Shown here: positions 7,464 to 16,490 of the stretch, one piece after another
Layout of the letters: each line of letters starts with the position of its first letter
Position numbering within the stretch: the first letter of the stretch is position 1
Source of the DNA: an uncultured Gammaproteobacteria bacterium
Lineage (GTDB): Bacteria > Patescibacteriota > Patescibacteriia > Magasanikbacterales > UBA922
NCBI GenBank assembly: GCA_964566225.1
Contig: CAZMHV010000003.1
Span: forward strand, 91,151 to 155,150
DNA length: 64,000 nt
Direction of reading: 5' to 3'
The notes under the pieces: model-generated
What the model was told of the DNA's origin: nothing
What the model saw: only the letters and a program-made list of their open reading frames with translations
Databases searched by the model: none
Program-made: the position numbers and the translations under genes

Positions 7464-9782
7464 TTATTCTTCGTCAGTTTCTTTCCCTTTCTTTCCTTTT
7501 GCCTTGGTAACTTTTTTTCCTCCGCGTTTCCAGCCACCTTTTTTGGTAGGTGCTTCGTCAAGAAGTTTGGTGCAGGTTTCGAGGTCGAGTGAAGTTGGTT
7601 CTGTGTCTTTGGGGATTCGGGCATTTCGTTTGCCGTCGGTAATGTATGGTCCATAGCGACCGATTTTGACAATTACGTCACTGCCAGGAAATGTTTTGAG
7701 AAGTGATGCTGCTTGTTTTTCTTGGGCTTCCAAAATAATTTCTTTGGCGCGTGCAAAGTCAACGGTGTATGGGTCATCATTTTTTATACTGTAGTATTTG
7801 CTTCCTACTTTTACGTATGGACCAAAACGTCCAATGCCCACAATCATGTCATGGCCTTCTTCGTCTTGGCCAACATTTTTGGGAAGTTCCAAAAGTACCA
7901 AAGCTTGTTCGAGTGTAATACTTTCTGCACTCAATGTTTTTGGGATAGAAGCAAACACAGGTTTTTCCTCATCGTCTTTACTTCCTTTTTGCACAAATGG
8001 TCCAAAGCGGCCAATGCGCACAGAGATTGGTTTTTGAGATTTGGGATCAATGCCAAGTTCACGGGCTGATACAACAGATTCTTTGGAGAGTGCTTCACCT
8101 TTTTGTACAATGGATTCGTGAAATGGGTGATAGAAGGTAGCGATAATTGGTTGCCACTGTTCTTTGCCTTCCGCAATATCATCCAAATTTTCTTCCATTT
8201 GTGCTGTGAATGCGTAGTCAACAATGCTGGTGAAATGATCGACCAGTAAATCGTTTACGATAAACGCAATGTCTTTTGGTTTGAAACGTTTGTTGTCGTC
8301 GCGTTCTACATATTTATCTTCAATATTTGCCAGTGTTGGTGCGTATGTAGAAGGACGGCCAATGCCAAATTCTTCCATGGCTTTGACAATGGTAGCATCA
8401 GAGTATCGTGCAGGTGGTTCAGTAAAGTGTTGTTCTGGTTTGAGTTCATGACAATTTACGGTCTGTCCCTCTTTGAGTTCAGGCAACATTTCTTCTTTCA
8501 TGGCTTCTGGATACAGGGCAAGCCAACCTGGGAAAATCATAGATTGTCCTGTGGCGCGGAAGGTATAGTTGTTGTTTGATGTAATATCAAGAGTCGTTTT
8601 GTTGAGACGAGCTTCAGTCATTTGTGTCGCAAGTGTTCGTTTCCAAATGAGTGTATACAGTTTGAGTTGTTTGGGGTCAAGATAATTTTCCAAAGATTCT
8701 GGAGTGCGGGTAGGGTCAGTGGGGCGGATAGCTTCGTGTGCTTCTTGCGCGCCTTTACTTTTGGTTTTGAATTTTCGTGCAGAAGCGAGTTCGTATTCTT
8801 TGCCATAGGTGTCGTGAATAAATTGTTTGGCTTCACCCAAAAATTTATCTGCCAAATTCATGGAGTCAGTACGCATGTAGGTAATAAGACCCACGTGGCC
8901 TGTGCCAATGTTTACACCTTCGTAGAGTTGCTGCGCCAAGACCATGGTTTGTTTGGATGAGTATCCTAGTTTTTGATTGGCACTTTGTTGGAGTGTAGAA
9001 GTGGTAAATGGAGCCGGTGGAGTTCGTTTGGCTTCTTTTTGTTCGATGGATGAAACAGAATAATTTGCACCCTTGAGTGAGTGTAACACTTCATCCATTT
9101 TTTCTTTGGTGCCAAGTTCAAATTTATCAAGTTTTTTTCCATTGTGTGCTTGCAGCATTGCTTTCACTTCGTTTTCATTTTTTTTATTTTCTGAAAACAA
9201 CCCTTCGAGTGTCCAATATTCTTCTGGTTTGAAGGCTTGAATTTCTCGTTCACGATCCACAATGAGGCGCACCGCCACAGATTGCACGCGTCCTGCCGAG
9301 AGTCCCCGGGCTACTTTTTTCCACAAAAATGGGGAGAGTTCGTAACCCACCAGGCGGTCCAAAATACGGCGGGCTTGTTGCGCGTCCACAAGTTTTTGGT
9401 CAATATGTCTGGGGTGTGCCAGGGCCTCTTCAATGGCGTGCTGCGTAATTTCGTGAAAGACAATGCGTTTGGCCTTCTCTGGGTCAACATCAAGAATTTG
9501 GGCCAGGTGCCAAGAAATAGCTTCTCCTTCGCGGTCCTCATCGGTTGCAAATATGACTTCAGTGGCTTTTTTGGCTAAATCTTTGAGTTTCTTTACTTGG
9601 GCGCTTTTGTCTTTACTAATAATATAGTGGGGTTCAAAGGTTCCACCATCAATATCTATGCCCATTTTACTCTTTGGCAGGTCGCGTAGGTGGCCAAAAG
9701 AAGACTCCACGGCATAGGCTTTGCCGAGGAATTTGGAGATAGTTTTGGCTTTGGTAGGGGATTCTACGATGACAAGTTTCAT
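7464..9782 (-). CDS. topA: DNA topoisomerase I
   Basis: Toprim N-terminus MKLVIVESPTKAKTISKFLGK...ATDEDREGEAISWHL. Length 772 aa with a Lys-rich C-terminus. Confidence 0.9.
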   Translation of the reverse strand: MKLVIVESPTKAKTISKFLGKAYAVESSFGHLRDLPKSKMGIDIDGGTFEPHYIISKDKSAQVKKLKDLAKKATEVIFATDEDREGEAISWHLAQILDVDPEKAKRIVFHEITQHAIEEALAHPRHIDQKLVDAQQARRILDRLVGYELSPFLWKKVARGLSAGRVQSVAVRLIVDREREIQAFKPEEYWTLEGLFSENKKNENEVKAMLQAHNGKKLDKFELGTKEKMDEVLHSLKGANYSVSSIEQKEAKRTPPAPFTTSTLQQSANQKLGYSSKQTMVLAQQLYEGVNIGTGHVGLITYMRTDSMNLADKFLGEAKQFIHDTYGKEYELASARKFKTKSKGAQEAHEAIRPTDPTRTPESLENYLDPKQLKLYTLIWKRTLATQMTEARLNKTTLDITSNNNYTFRATGQSMIFPGWLALYPEAMKEEMLPELKEGQTVNCHELKPEQHFTEPPARYSDATIVKAMEEFGIGRPSTYAPTLANIEDKYVERDDNKRFKPKDIAFIVNDLLVDHFTSIVDYAFTAQMEENLDDIAEGKEQWQPIIATFYHPFHESIVQKGEALSKESVVSARELGIDPKSQKPISVRIGRFGPFVQKGSKDDEEKPVFASIPKTLSAESITLEQALVLLELPKNVGQDEEGHDMIVGIGRFGPYVKVGSKYYSIKNDDPYTVDFARAKEIILEAQEKQAASLLKTFPGSDVIVKIGRYGPYITDGKRNARIPKDTEPTSLDLETCTKLLDEAPTKKGGWKRGGKKVTKAKGKKGKETDEE

Positions 9783-9838
9783 ACACGAGGCGTGGAAAAT
9801 AAGTTTTTATAATAACTGAGTTTTGCTCTTCTGTCAAT

Positions 9839-11089
9839 CTAAGGCAAATTTGATCGAAGTTCTCCACTCAAAAATATTGAACCAGTGACCAGTAAAATGT
9901 CACTGGTTTTTGTTTGTTTTTTACTCCAGGCAAAGGCCTCTTGTGGATCTAGAAACAGTTCTATTTTTGCTGTGGGGCAGTGCTTTTTGAAAAAGGTCAT
10001 CAATGTTTTGGGGTGGGCTACTTTGCGAAAAACATTTGCTGTTTGGCGGGTGCAGGCAATGGATTTAGGTTTCATTGTCGCAAGAAGTGTCATCATTGTG
10101 GTGACGTCTTTATCTTCTGAAAATCCAACCACCAAGTGAATATTTTTTTTCATTTCACTTGCACTTTGTACGGTCGTTTTCATTTTGTCTTCGTTGTGTG
10201 CGCCATCGAGAATGATGAAAGGTTTTTGTGAGATTATTTCAAAACGGAGTGGTTGAATTGCATTTTTGATTCCGGTTTCAATCGCTTTGTGTGAAATACT
10301 TAGATGCTCAGCAATTTGAGTGCAGAGAAGAATATTTTTTTCTTTGTGTGACGTGTTTTTTGAATGTGAGAGAAAAAGTTTTGCTTTCTTTTTTTTGCAT
10401 TGTTTTTTGATTACCTCAAGAACATTTTTATTTTCGTCCATGGTAAATACACTGTATGCACCAGTAATAATACCGGCTTTTTCAAAGGCAATTTTTTCTT
10501 TGGTGTTGCCAAGAAGTTCTGTATGATCAAGTCCAATGTTGGTAATTACAGCAACATCCTTGTGTGGAATAACATTGGTTGAATCAAGTCGTCCACCAAG
10601 TCCCACTTCAATTACAGCCCACTCAACTTTTTTTTGTGCAAAGTAAAGAATTGCAATAATCGTGGTGATATCATAAAAAGAAATCATGTCATATGGGCTC
10701 GTGCGTGCATATTCATCGAGTGCTGGTTTTAATTTTTTGACAATCGAAACAAATTCTTGTTCCGTCATGATTTTGTTATTCACTTGCCAGCGTTCGCGCA
10801 GCGTGGTTGGGTGTGGTGAAATAGTGAGGCCAACCTTTTTTTTGCTTGCCTCCAAAATATATGAGAGGTAGGTTGCCACAGATCCTTTGCCACTGGTGCC
10901 AGTGACATGAATGTAGTGGGGGATTTGTTTTTCGGGGTTGCCAATGATATCCAAAAAGAACTGGATGCGGGTGAGGTATTCATTGGTTTTGGCTTTGTCA
11001 TCCATGTATTCTTTGCGTGGCATGTTGCCAAGCGAAAGAAGGTATTGTTCAGCTTGTGTGTAGTCCATAGAAAAAAATCTTCTCCCCAT
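9839..11089 (-). CDS. folC: Folylpolyglutamate synthase / dihydrofolate synthase (Mur-ligase family). The true start is probably at MDYTQAEQYL, ~11068.
   Basis: Mur-ligase P-loop HVTGTSGKGS. The FolC-like N-terminus names it FolC rather than a cell-wall Mur ligase. Confidence 0.75.
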   Translation of the reverse strand: MGRRFFSMDYTQAEQYLLSLGNMPRKEYMDDKAKTNEYLTRIQFFLDIIGNPEKQIPHYIHVTGTSGKGSVATYLSYILEASKKKVGLTISPHPTTLRERWQVNNKIMTEQEFVSIVKKLKPALDEYARTSPYDMISFYDITTIIAILYFAQKKVEWAVIEVGLGGRLDSTNVIPHKDVAVITNIGLDHTELLGNTKEKIAFEKAGIITGAYSVFTMDENKNVLEVIKKQCKKKKAKLFLSHSKNTSHKEKNILLCTQIAEHLSISHKAIETGIKNAIQPLRFEIISQKPFIILDGAHNEDKMKTTVQSASEMKKNIHLVVGFSEDKDVTTMMTLLATMKPKSIACTRQTANVFRKVAHPKTLMTFFKKHCPTAKIELFLDPQEAFAWSKKQTKTSDILLVTGSIFLSGELRSNLP

Positions 11090-11091
11090 GT

Positions 11092-11125
11092 GGCTGGGGA
11101 GAAGAAATAATTTTATTTTGTACTA
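11092..11125 (-). terminator. Rho-independent terminator for the upstream membrane-protein gene, abutting the folC start
   Basis: Minus-strand sense ttctcccca-gccaca-tggggagaa followed by a T-run. Confidence 0.45.
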
Positions 11126-11775
11126 TACTTTGGATTGAGTTGGATAAATGGAAGTGTAAGGTTCCATTTTTTGGAAGCCAAACTGAGAATATAATTGAAT
11201 GCCATGTAGGTGATACAGACTCCAATCGCCATCATCATTCGTTCTTTCCATACAATAGGGATAAGGCCAATCCAGATAGCAGCTTTCATATTGAATGCCC
11301 ATACCCACAGTGCTCCACCAACTGCATGTGCTGTAAATGTTGCACCAAGTGCACGCGCCAGCAAGAATTTATTGTAGAAAAAGTATGCAACCATTGGAAT
11401 GAGCCAGTACAGTGCATAATACCAAGCCTGGCGGCCTTCTGGATGTGCCCAAAATGCAATCATGGCAACTGCTGGAACAAGGAGTGTGTATTTGGATTTT
11501 TTACTAAAGTACAGAACGGCAAAAAGCATTGGAAAGAGTCGAATAATAGTTCCCATGTCTGTGTGAAATCCTTGCACTGCCCAATTGGTAAGTTGCATGG
11601 CAAGTACGGTGAGCATTCCAGGGAGTGAGCCAAGAAATGCACCAGCAATAGGGCCGTAAAAATCAAAGAGAGAAAATTTTACATTGGCTCCCATGAGCTG
11701 TGTAAATGGAACTTGCATTGCTCCAATCCCAAGTGCAATAAAGAGAATTATGAAAAGAATTTTTTTAGTATTCAT
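11113..11775 (-). CDS. Polytopic membrane protein, possibly an ECF-type transporter substrate-binding (S) component. Start taken at MNTKKILFIILF.
   Basis: About 6 hydrophobic helices in ~220 aa with no soluble domain. The ECF S-component assignment is inference from size, topology and its position next to folC. Confidence 0.5.
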   Translation of the reverse strand: MNTKKILFIILFIALGIGAMQVPFTQLMGANVKFSLFDFYGPIAGAFLGSLPGMLTVLAMQLTNWAVQGFHTDMGTIIRLFPMLFAVLYFSKKSKYTLLVPAVAMIAFWAHPEGRQAWYYALYWLIPMVAYFFYNKFLLARALGATFTAHAVGGALWVWAFNMKAAIWIGLIPIVWKERMMMAIGVCITYMAFNYILSLASKKWNLTLPFIQLNPKYSTK

Positions 11776-11845
11776 AGTAAAAAATATGAGTAAAATTTTT
11801 GCGTCGTTTTTGGTCAAAATTTTACAACATAGGTGCGAATTCAAA

Positions 11846-12520
11846 TTATTCTGGTCGCCATCCACCGCTGATTTCGAGGTTGGCACCGTTTATATGAGTA
11901 CTCTCATTTGAGACCAAGAATAACACGCCCCGGGCAATATCGTCAAATGGAATCACAGGCACCTCGGGACCAGGCTTTACACCCGTTGGAAGCACTCCTG
12001 GGGAGATCATATTAATGGTAACACCAGTATTTTTGTGCTCTGCGGCCAAAGATTTGGTGAGCATGAGGAGCGATGTTTTGGCCATGTAGTAGGGGGTCGT
12101 ATTGGGGCGAGCCGTAATTTGGTCACAGCCAACCGAACCAAAGTGAACAATGCGGCCAAACTTTTTTTTGCGCATGTTTGGCAGTACGGTGCTGTCGCAG
12201 TACCATGCTGTCACGAGGTTATTGTGGAGTACGTCAACCAGTTCTTGTGATTTTGTTTTTGAAAGTGGTTTAAAAATAAATCCACCAACCGTGTTGATGA
12301 GAATGTCGATGTGGGGGAGTGTGACAAACATTTTTTTGACTTCAGGTAAATTTGTGAGATCTGCTTGAACGGTTTGCGCATGTAATTTTTTGGCAAGAAG
12401 TTTGGTTTGCTTTTCACTTTTGTAGTAATGCAAAATAACGTTGTATCCTGCTGCATGCAATGTTTGTGCAATGGTTTTGCCAAGTCGTTGACCAGCTCCG
12501 GCAATAAATACGGTTTTCAT
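11846..12520 (-). CDS. Short-chain dehydrogenase/reductase (SDR) family oxidoreductase
   Basis: Rossmann motif IAGAGQRLGK, catalytic YxxxK (YYMAKTSLLMLTKSLA), and PG motif ISPGVLPT. Confidence 0.75.
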   Translation of the reverse strand: MKTVFIAGAGQRLGKTIAQTLHAAGYNVILHYYKSEKQTKLLAKKLHAQTVQADLTNLPEVKKMFVTLPHIDILINTVGGFIFKPLSKTKSQELVDVLHNNLVTAWYCDSTVLPNMRKKKFGRIVHFGSVGCDQITARPNTTPYYMAKTSLLMLTKSLAAEHKNTGVTINMISPGVLPTGVKPGPEVPVIPFDDIARGVLFLVSNESTHINGANLEISGGWRPE

Positions 12521-12524
12521 AGTG

Positions 12525-13625
12525 TTAGGTTCCAAGAATATACATCATACCTCCGATATTTTTTACCTTTCCCTGAATTTCCATGAGTGTGAGTGTACTA
12601 TTTACCACGCGATTTTCCAATTTTGAATTTTTGATTATTTCATCAATGTGAAGTGGTTCTTGTGACAGAATTTCTAAAATCTTTGTTTCTTCATGAGTGT
12701 CTCCAACAATTTTTTTGGTTTCTATCTTTTCTGTGACAATACCAAGTATATCCAAAACATCTTGTGCATTTGTGACCAGGCGTGCCCCCATCTTTAAAAG
12801 GTTGTTTGTCCCAACCGATGTGAGTGAGGTAATGTTTTGTGGCACGGCAAATACTTCTCGATTGGCATCAAGTGCACACTGTGCAGTGATGAGTGATCCT
12901 GAGTCCTGACTGGCTTCAATTACTAAAGTGCCTACGCACATTCCCGCAATGATTCTATTTCGTTTTGGAAAAGAGTAATTCTGGGGCGATGTAAATGGTG
13001 GGTATTCAGAAATAACAGCCCCACCACTTTCAATAATGGCTTCACCAAGTTTTTGGTGAATGTTGGGCGCCACAGAATTTTTATCCACTCCTCCTGCGAG
13101 TACGGCAATGGTATTTCCTTTGGCTTTGATGGTTGCATGGTGGGCAAATCCATCAACTCCGAGTGCCAGGCCACTCACAATAGTAATGCCTGCCTCAGCA
13201 AGACGTGGAATAATCATATCAACCACTTGTTTGCCATAGGGAGATATTTTTCGTGGGCCGACCACTCCGAGCCAAGGTTTGGGCTGCTCGAGTTTTCCCC
13301 GAACAAAAAGACAAAATGGAGGATCATAAATTTGTTTGAGGAGTAGCGGATATTCATCGTCATGTATGGTAATGCAATGAATTCCTTCTTTATCTAATGT
13401 TTTTTGAATTTGTTTTTCATCAATATTTTGTCTCCATTCCACAAATTCGTTGATGAATTCATCTGGCCAGAGAGTTTGCTTGAGCTGCACTGCTGTGGCA
13501 CTCCATGCATTATCAAGAGAAGAAAAGACCTGCAAGAGGTCTTTGTATTTTTTGTAGCTGATTTTAAGAAAGTAAGAGAGAAGAATTTCTTTTTGCATAC
13601 CGGGAATATGGAATACTTTTTTCAA
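12525..13625 (-). CDS. dprA: DNA processing protein DprA (Smf)
   Basis: DprA Rossmann-like core GxDGxAH (SGLALGVDGFAHHATIKA)...VLAGGVD...VISEYPP. Confidence 0.8.
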   Translation of the reverse strand: MKKVFHIPGMQKEILLSYFLKISYKKYKDLLQVFSSLDNAWSATAVQLKQTLWPDEFINEFVEWRQNIDEKQIQKTLDKEGIHCITIHDDEYPLLLKQIYDPPFCLFVRGKLEQPKPWLGVVGPRKISPYGKQVVDMIIPRLAEAGITIVSGLALGVDGFAHHATIKAKGNTIAVLAGGVDKNSVAPNIHQKLGEAIIESGGAVISEYPPFTSPQNYSFPKRNRIIAGMCVGTLVIEASQDSGSLITAQCALDANREVFAVPQNITSLTSVGTNNLLKMGARLVTNAQDVLDILGIVTEKIETKKIVGDTHEETKILEILSQEPLHIDEIIKNSKLENRVVNSTLTLMEIQGKVKNIGGMMYILGT

Positions 13626-13631
13626 AAGGTA

Positions 13632-13898
13632 TTATCTGAACAAAATTGCTGTCACAAAAGTAATAATTCCAAAGATGATTGCAGGGATGTTGCATATTAC
13701 AATAGGCCAATCTTTTTTTTCTTTCATGAGTCCATACAGTACCCAGATGAGCCCATTGAGAGCAGTTATAAACGGAAGAATCAGAGATCCTGATTGTCCT
13801 GCAATATTCAAACGAATTTGATCTATATACGAAAAGTACATGAGAATTGCGATCGTAGATCCTGTCCAACCTAAAATAGTCACTTTTTTTTCACTCAT
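13632..13898 (-). CDS. SemiSWEET / PQ-loop (MtN3-type) sugar transporter half-unit, 88 aa
   Basis: Three TM helices in ~88 aa, typical of bacterial SemiSWEETs. Confidence 0.65.
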   Translation of the reverse strand: MSEKKVTILGWTGSTIAILMYFSYIDQIRLNIAGQSGSLILPFITALNGLIWVLYGLMKEKKDWPIVICNIPAIIFGIITFVTAILFR

Positions 13899-14437
13899 AC
13901 AAGTTTCAAAATTTCATCAACACTTTTTTGAATCACATCTTTCACTTTGCCGCGTTCAAGCAGTCCAAATTTACCAAGCACAAACGATGCCGTATCTTCC
14001 ATTTTTTTGGCATTGTCACTGGCTACCCCTACTCGCACCCGAAGAAAATTTTGGGTTCCGAGGTGTTCAATAATAGAACGAACGCCATTGTGTCCGGCAT
14101 GACTGCGGTCGGTTTGTACTCGTACATCACCCAATTTCAAATCTTTGTCGTCGTTGACGACAATCAGGTCAGAAGGAGGTATTTTATAAAAATGCCCAAT
14201 CTGTGAAACCGATACACCCGATTCATTCATAAAGGTTTGAGGCTTTACCAAAATTATTTTTTTGCCATGCATGGTGACTCCACAAATTTCGGCATTAAAC
14301 TTTTTGTTCATTTCCCATTTGGAAATGCCTTCCTGTTCAAGTTTCTTGTGGAGTTCGTCAAGAATCATAAAGCCCACGTTGTGACGTGTTTTTTCATATT
14401 TTCTGCCTGGGTTTCCGAGTCCAACAATAAGTTTCAT
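13895..14437 (-). CDS. pth: Peptidyl-tRNA hydrolase
   Basis: MKLIVGLGNPGRKYEKTRHNVGF...HNG signature. Confidence 0.9.
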   Translation of the reverse strand: MKLIVGLGNPGRKYEKTRHNVGFMILDELHKKLEQEGISKWEMNKKFNAEICGVTMHGKKIILVKPQTFMNESGVSVSQIGHFYKIPPSDLIVVNDDKDLKLGDVRVQTDRSHAGHNGVRSIIEHLGTQNFLRVRVGVASDNAKKMEDTASFVLGKFGLLERGKVKDVIQKSVDEILKLV

Positions 14438-14438
14438 A

Positions 14439-15074
14439 CTATTCTTCTATATAAACACTAATTCTGTTTTCCAAATAGCGCAGTCGTGCTCTATAGTATT
14501 TCAATTTTGATTTGATGTCAAAATTGGCCAAACCACTTTGATTATTTTTTATAGCATAAACCATGGAACTTATTTCATCAAGTTCACGAAATATGGTGGT
14601 TCGAACATGAAGATGTCTTTCTGATATGAGTTCTGATTTTGATTTCAGTGAAGCAAGTTGTTTTTCGATGGCTTCAATTTGTGCATTTCTTTCTTCAAGA
14701 GATTTTTCTCTTTTGGTAGATTGGTGTGTGGCCAAATCACTCAGATAATGTTCGTTGTTCAAGTGTGATTTGAAAAATTTTTGTTCGCCATGTAGGTAGG
14801 CAAGACATTCGACTTTGCATTGTATCATTTCTTCCTCATATTCACTTTCATGAAAATAAATTTGTGGAGGTGATTGAGGAATTTTTTTTGTACCGGTGTA
14901 ATACTCCAAGAGTGACTGTTCAAGAAGAACTTTGGCTTCACTTTCTTTGAAGCTTTTTGTATTCATGCGCTTCAAAAAGAGTTGCCATTCATAGGCGACT
15001 ACTGCAAGTGGAAGAGCATCAATTATTTCATCAAGAGGAGGAATTCTTTCACGAAAGATTTCGTGTTCACTCAT
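14439..15074 (-). CDS. Hypothetical protein, coiled-coil rich, 211 aa
   Basis: Tightly packed between pth and der on the same strand. No recognisable domain. Confidence 0.5.
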   Translation of the reverse strand: MSEHEIFRERIPPLDEIIDALPLAVVAYEWQLFLKRMNTKSFKESEAKVLLEQSLLEYYTGTKKIPQSPPQIYFHESEYEEEMIQCKVECLAYLHGEQKFFKSHLNNEHYLSDLATHQSTKREKSLEERNAQIEAIEKQLASLKSKSELISERHLHVRTTIFRELDEISSMVYAIKNNQSGLANFDIKSKLKYYRARLRYLENRISVYIEE

Positions 15075-15075
15075 A

Positions 15076-16479
15076 CTATTTTTTCATTTTGGTGAGTTTA
15101 ATCACCACTGGAGTTGCATAAAAATCCATTTCTTCACGCAAACGATTTTCAACGAACTGAATATATGATCGATGAATAGAAGTTTTGTTTTTGATAAACA
15201 TTTCAAATACAGGTGGATTGGTATTGATTTGGCGGAAGCCACGAATTTCGGGGTGTCGGGTTCCTTTGCCACGAGCCGGGCGGTGTTCGAGTACTACTTT
15301 TTCAATAAAGCGTTCCAGATGTCTATTGGCATAGTCTTGGTGACGAGCCTTCCACGCGCGCATAATATGTGGAAAAATATCATGTACACGGTAGCCAGTT
15401 TTACCACTAATAAACAAAATTGGTGCAAAATCCAAGTGTGGAAAGTGTGAATATACCATTTTTTTCACTTCATTGCGTGCATGGTCAGAATTATCTGTGG
15501 CCAAGTCCCATTTGTTGATAAGGATGAGTACTGATTTGGAGTGTCGTTCCATGAGACCTCCGAGTTGCATGTCTTGCTGTGTGATTGGTTCAGAACCGTC
15601 AAGAACAAATAAAATAATATTTGATTCTTGCAAAGCATTTAAACTTCGTGTAATACCTTGTCGTTCCAGTCCTCCTTCTACCTTAGATTTGCGACGAATA
15701 CCAGCAGTATCAATAAAGTTAATTTTTTGAGTTACTTCTTTGTCACCTTCGAGATGTTTGTATACAACCAAAGTATCATGTGGTTCTCGGGTTGTGTGTG
15801 CCATTGGACTCACAATCACTTTTTCTTCACCAATGAGTTTATTGAAAAGCGAAGATTTACCCACATTTGGTTTACCAATAATACTAATTTGGATAATTTC
15901 TTTTTCGTCTGTAACATCTTTTATAACTTTTGGACGTTTGTGAGCTTTTTGGAGCAGGTGATACATGGCATCAAGCAGCTCTCCTACGTTTCTTCCGTTG
16001 TTGGCTGAAACAGGAAAGGCTTCTCCCAAACCAAATTTTCGCCATTCTGGTGAATGAATATTGGCATCAATAGAAGCCTTGTCTACTTTGTTGGCTACCA
16101 ATAAGATAGGAGCCTTGGTACCCTTGCGCAACCGTTTTACCAATTCGTATTCTTGAGGGAGAATTCCATTTTGAGCGTCAGTAACGAGTACAATAACCTC
16201 TGCTTCTTTTATAGCACGAGCAGACTGTTCAATAATTTCGGTCTCAAGGGGTACTGTTTCGTCAAAGGTAAGACCTCCTGTATCAACCAGGCGGAAATTT
16301 TTGCCACGCCACAAAACTATACCTTCGTTATTGGTGCGGGTGGTTCCAGCAATAGGGGAGACCATGGCCTTGTGAGATTCAATAAGGCGATTAAAAAGAG
16401 TCGATTTTCCAACATTAACTCGACCAACGAGTACAACGGTAGGAAGATTTTGATCGAGTAGCGTGATAGGTGTGGCCAT
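15076..16479 (-). CDS. der: Ribosome-associated GTPase Der (EngA), two GTPase domains
   Basis: Two G1 P-loops (GRVNVGKST, GKPNVGKSS) plus a C-terminal KH-like domain. Confidence 0.9.
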   Translation of the reverse strand: MATPITLLDQNLPTVVLVGRVNVGKSTLFNRLIESHKAMVSPIAGTTRTNNEGIVLWRGKNFRLVDTGGLTFDETVPLETEIIEQSARAIKEAEVIVLVTDAQNGILPQEYELVKRLRKGTKAPILLVANKVDKASIDANIHSPEWRKFGLGEAFPVSANNGRNVGELLDAMYHLLQKAHKRPKVIKDVTDEKEIIQISIIGKPNVGKSSLFNKLIGEEKVIVSPMAHTTREPHDTLVVYKHLEGDKEVTQKINFIDTAGIRRKSKVEGGLERQGITRSLNALQESNIILFVLDGSEPITQQDMQLGGLMERHSKSVLILINKWDLATDNSDHARNEVKKMVYSHFPHLDFAPILFISGKTGYRVHDIFPHIMRAWKARHQDYANRHLERFIEKVVLEHRPARGKGTRHPEIRGFRQINTNPPVFEMFIKNKTSIHRSYIQFVENRLREEMDFYATPVVIKLTKMKK

Positions 16480-16490
16480 AGAGATACAGT

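Noticed and set aside
11046-11089. Upstream ATG (11089) as the folC start
   Set aside because: That ATG lies inside the stem of the terminator hairpin of the preceding gene. The second ATG (MDYTQAEQYL, ~11068) is more plausible. The CDS end coordinate was left at the track value, with a note.
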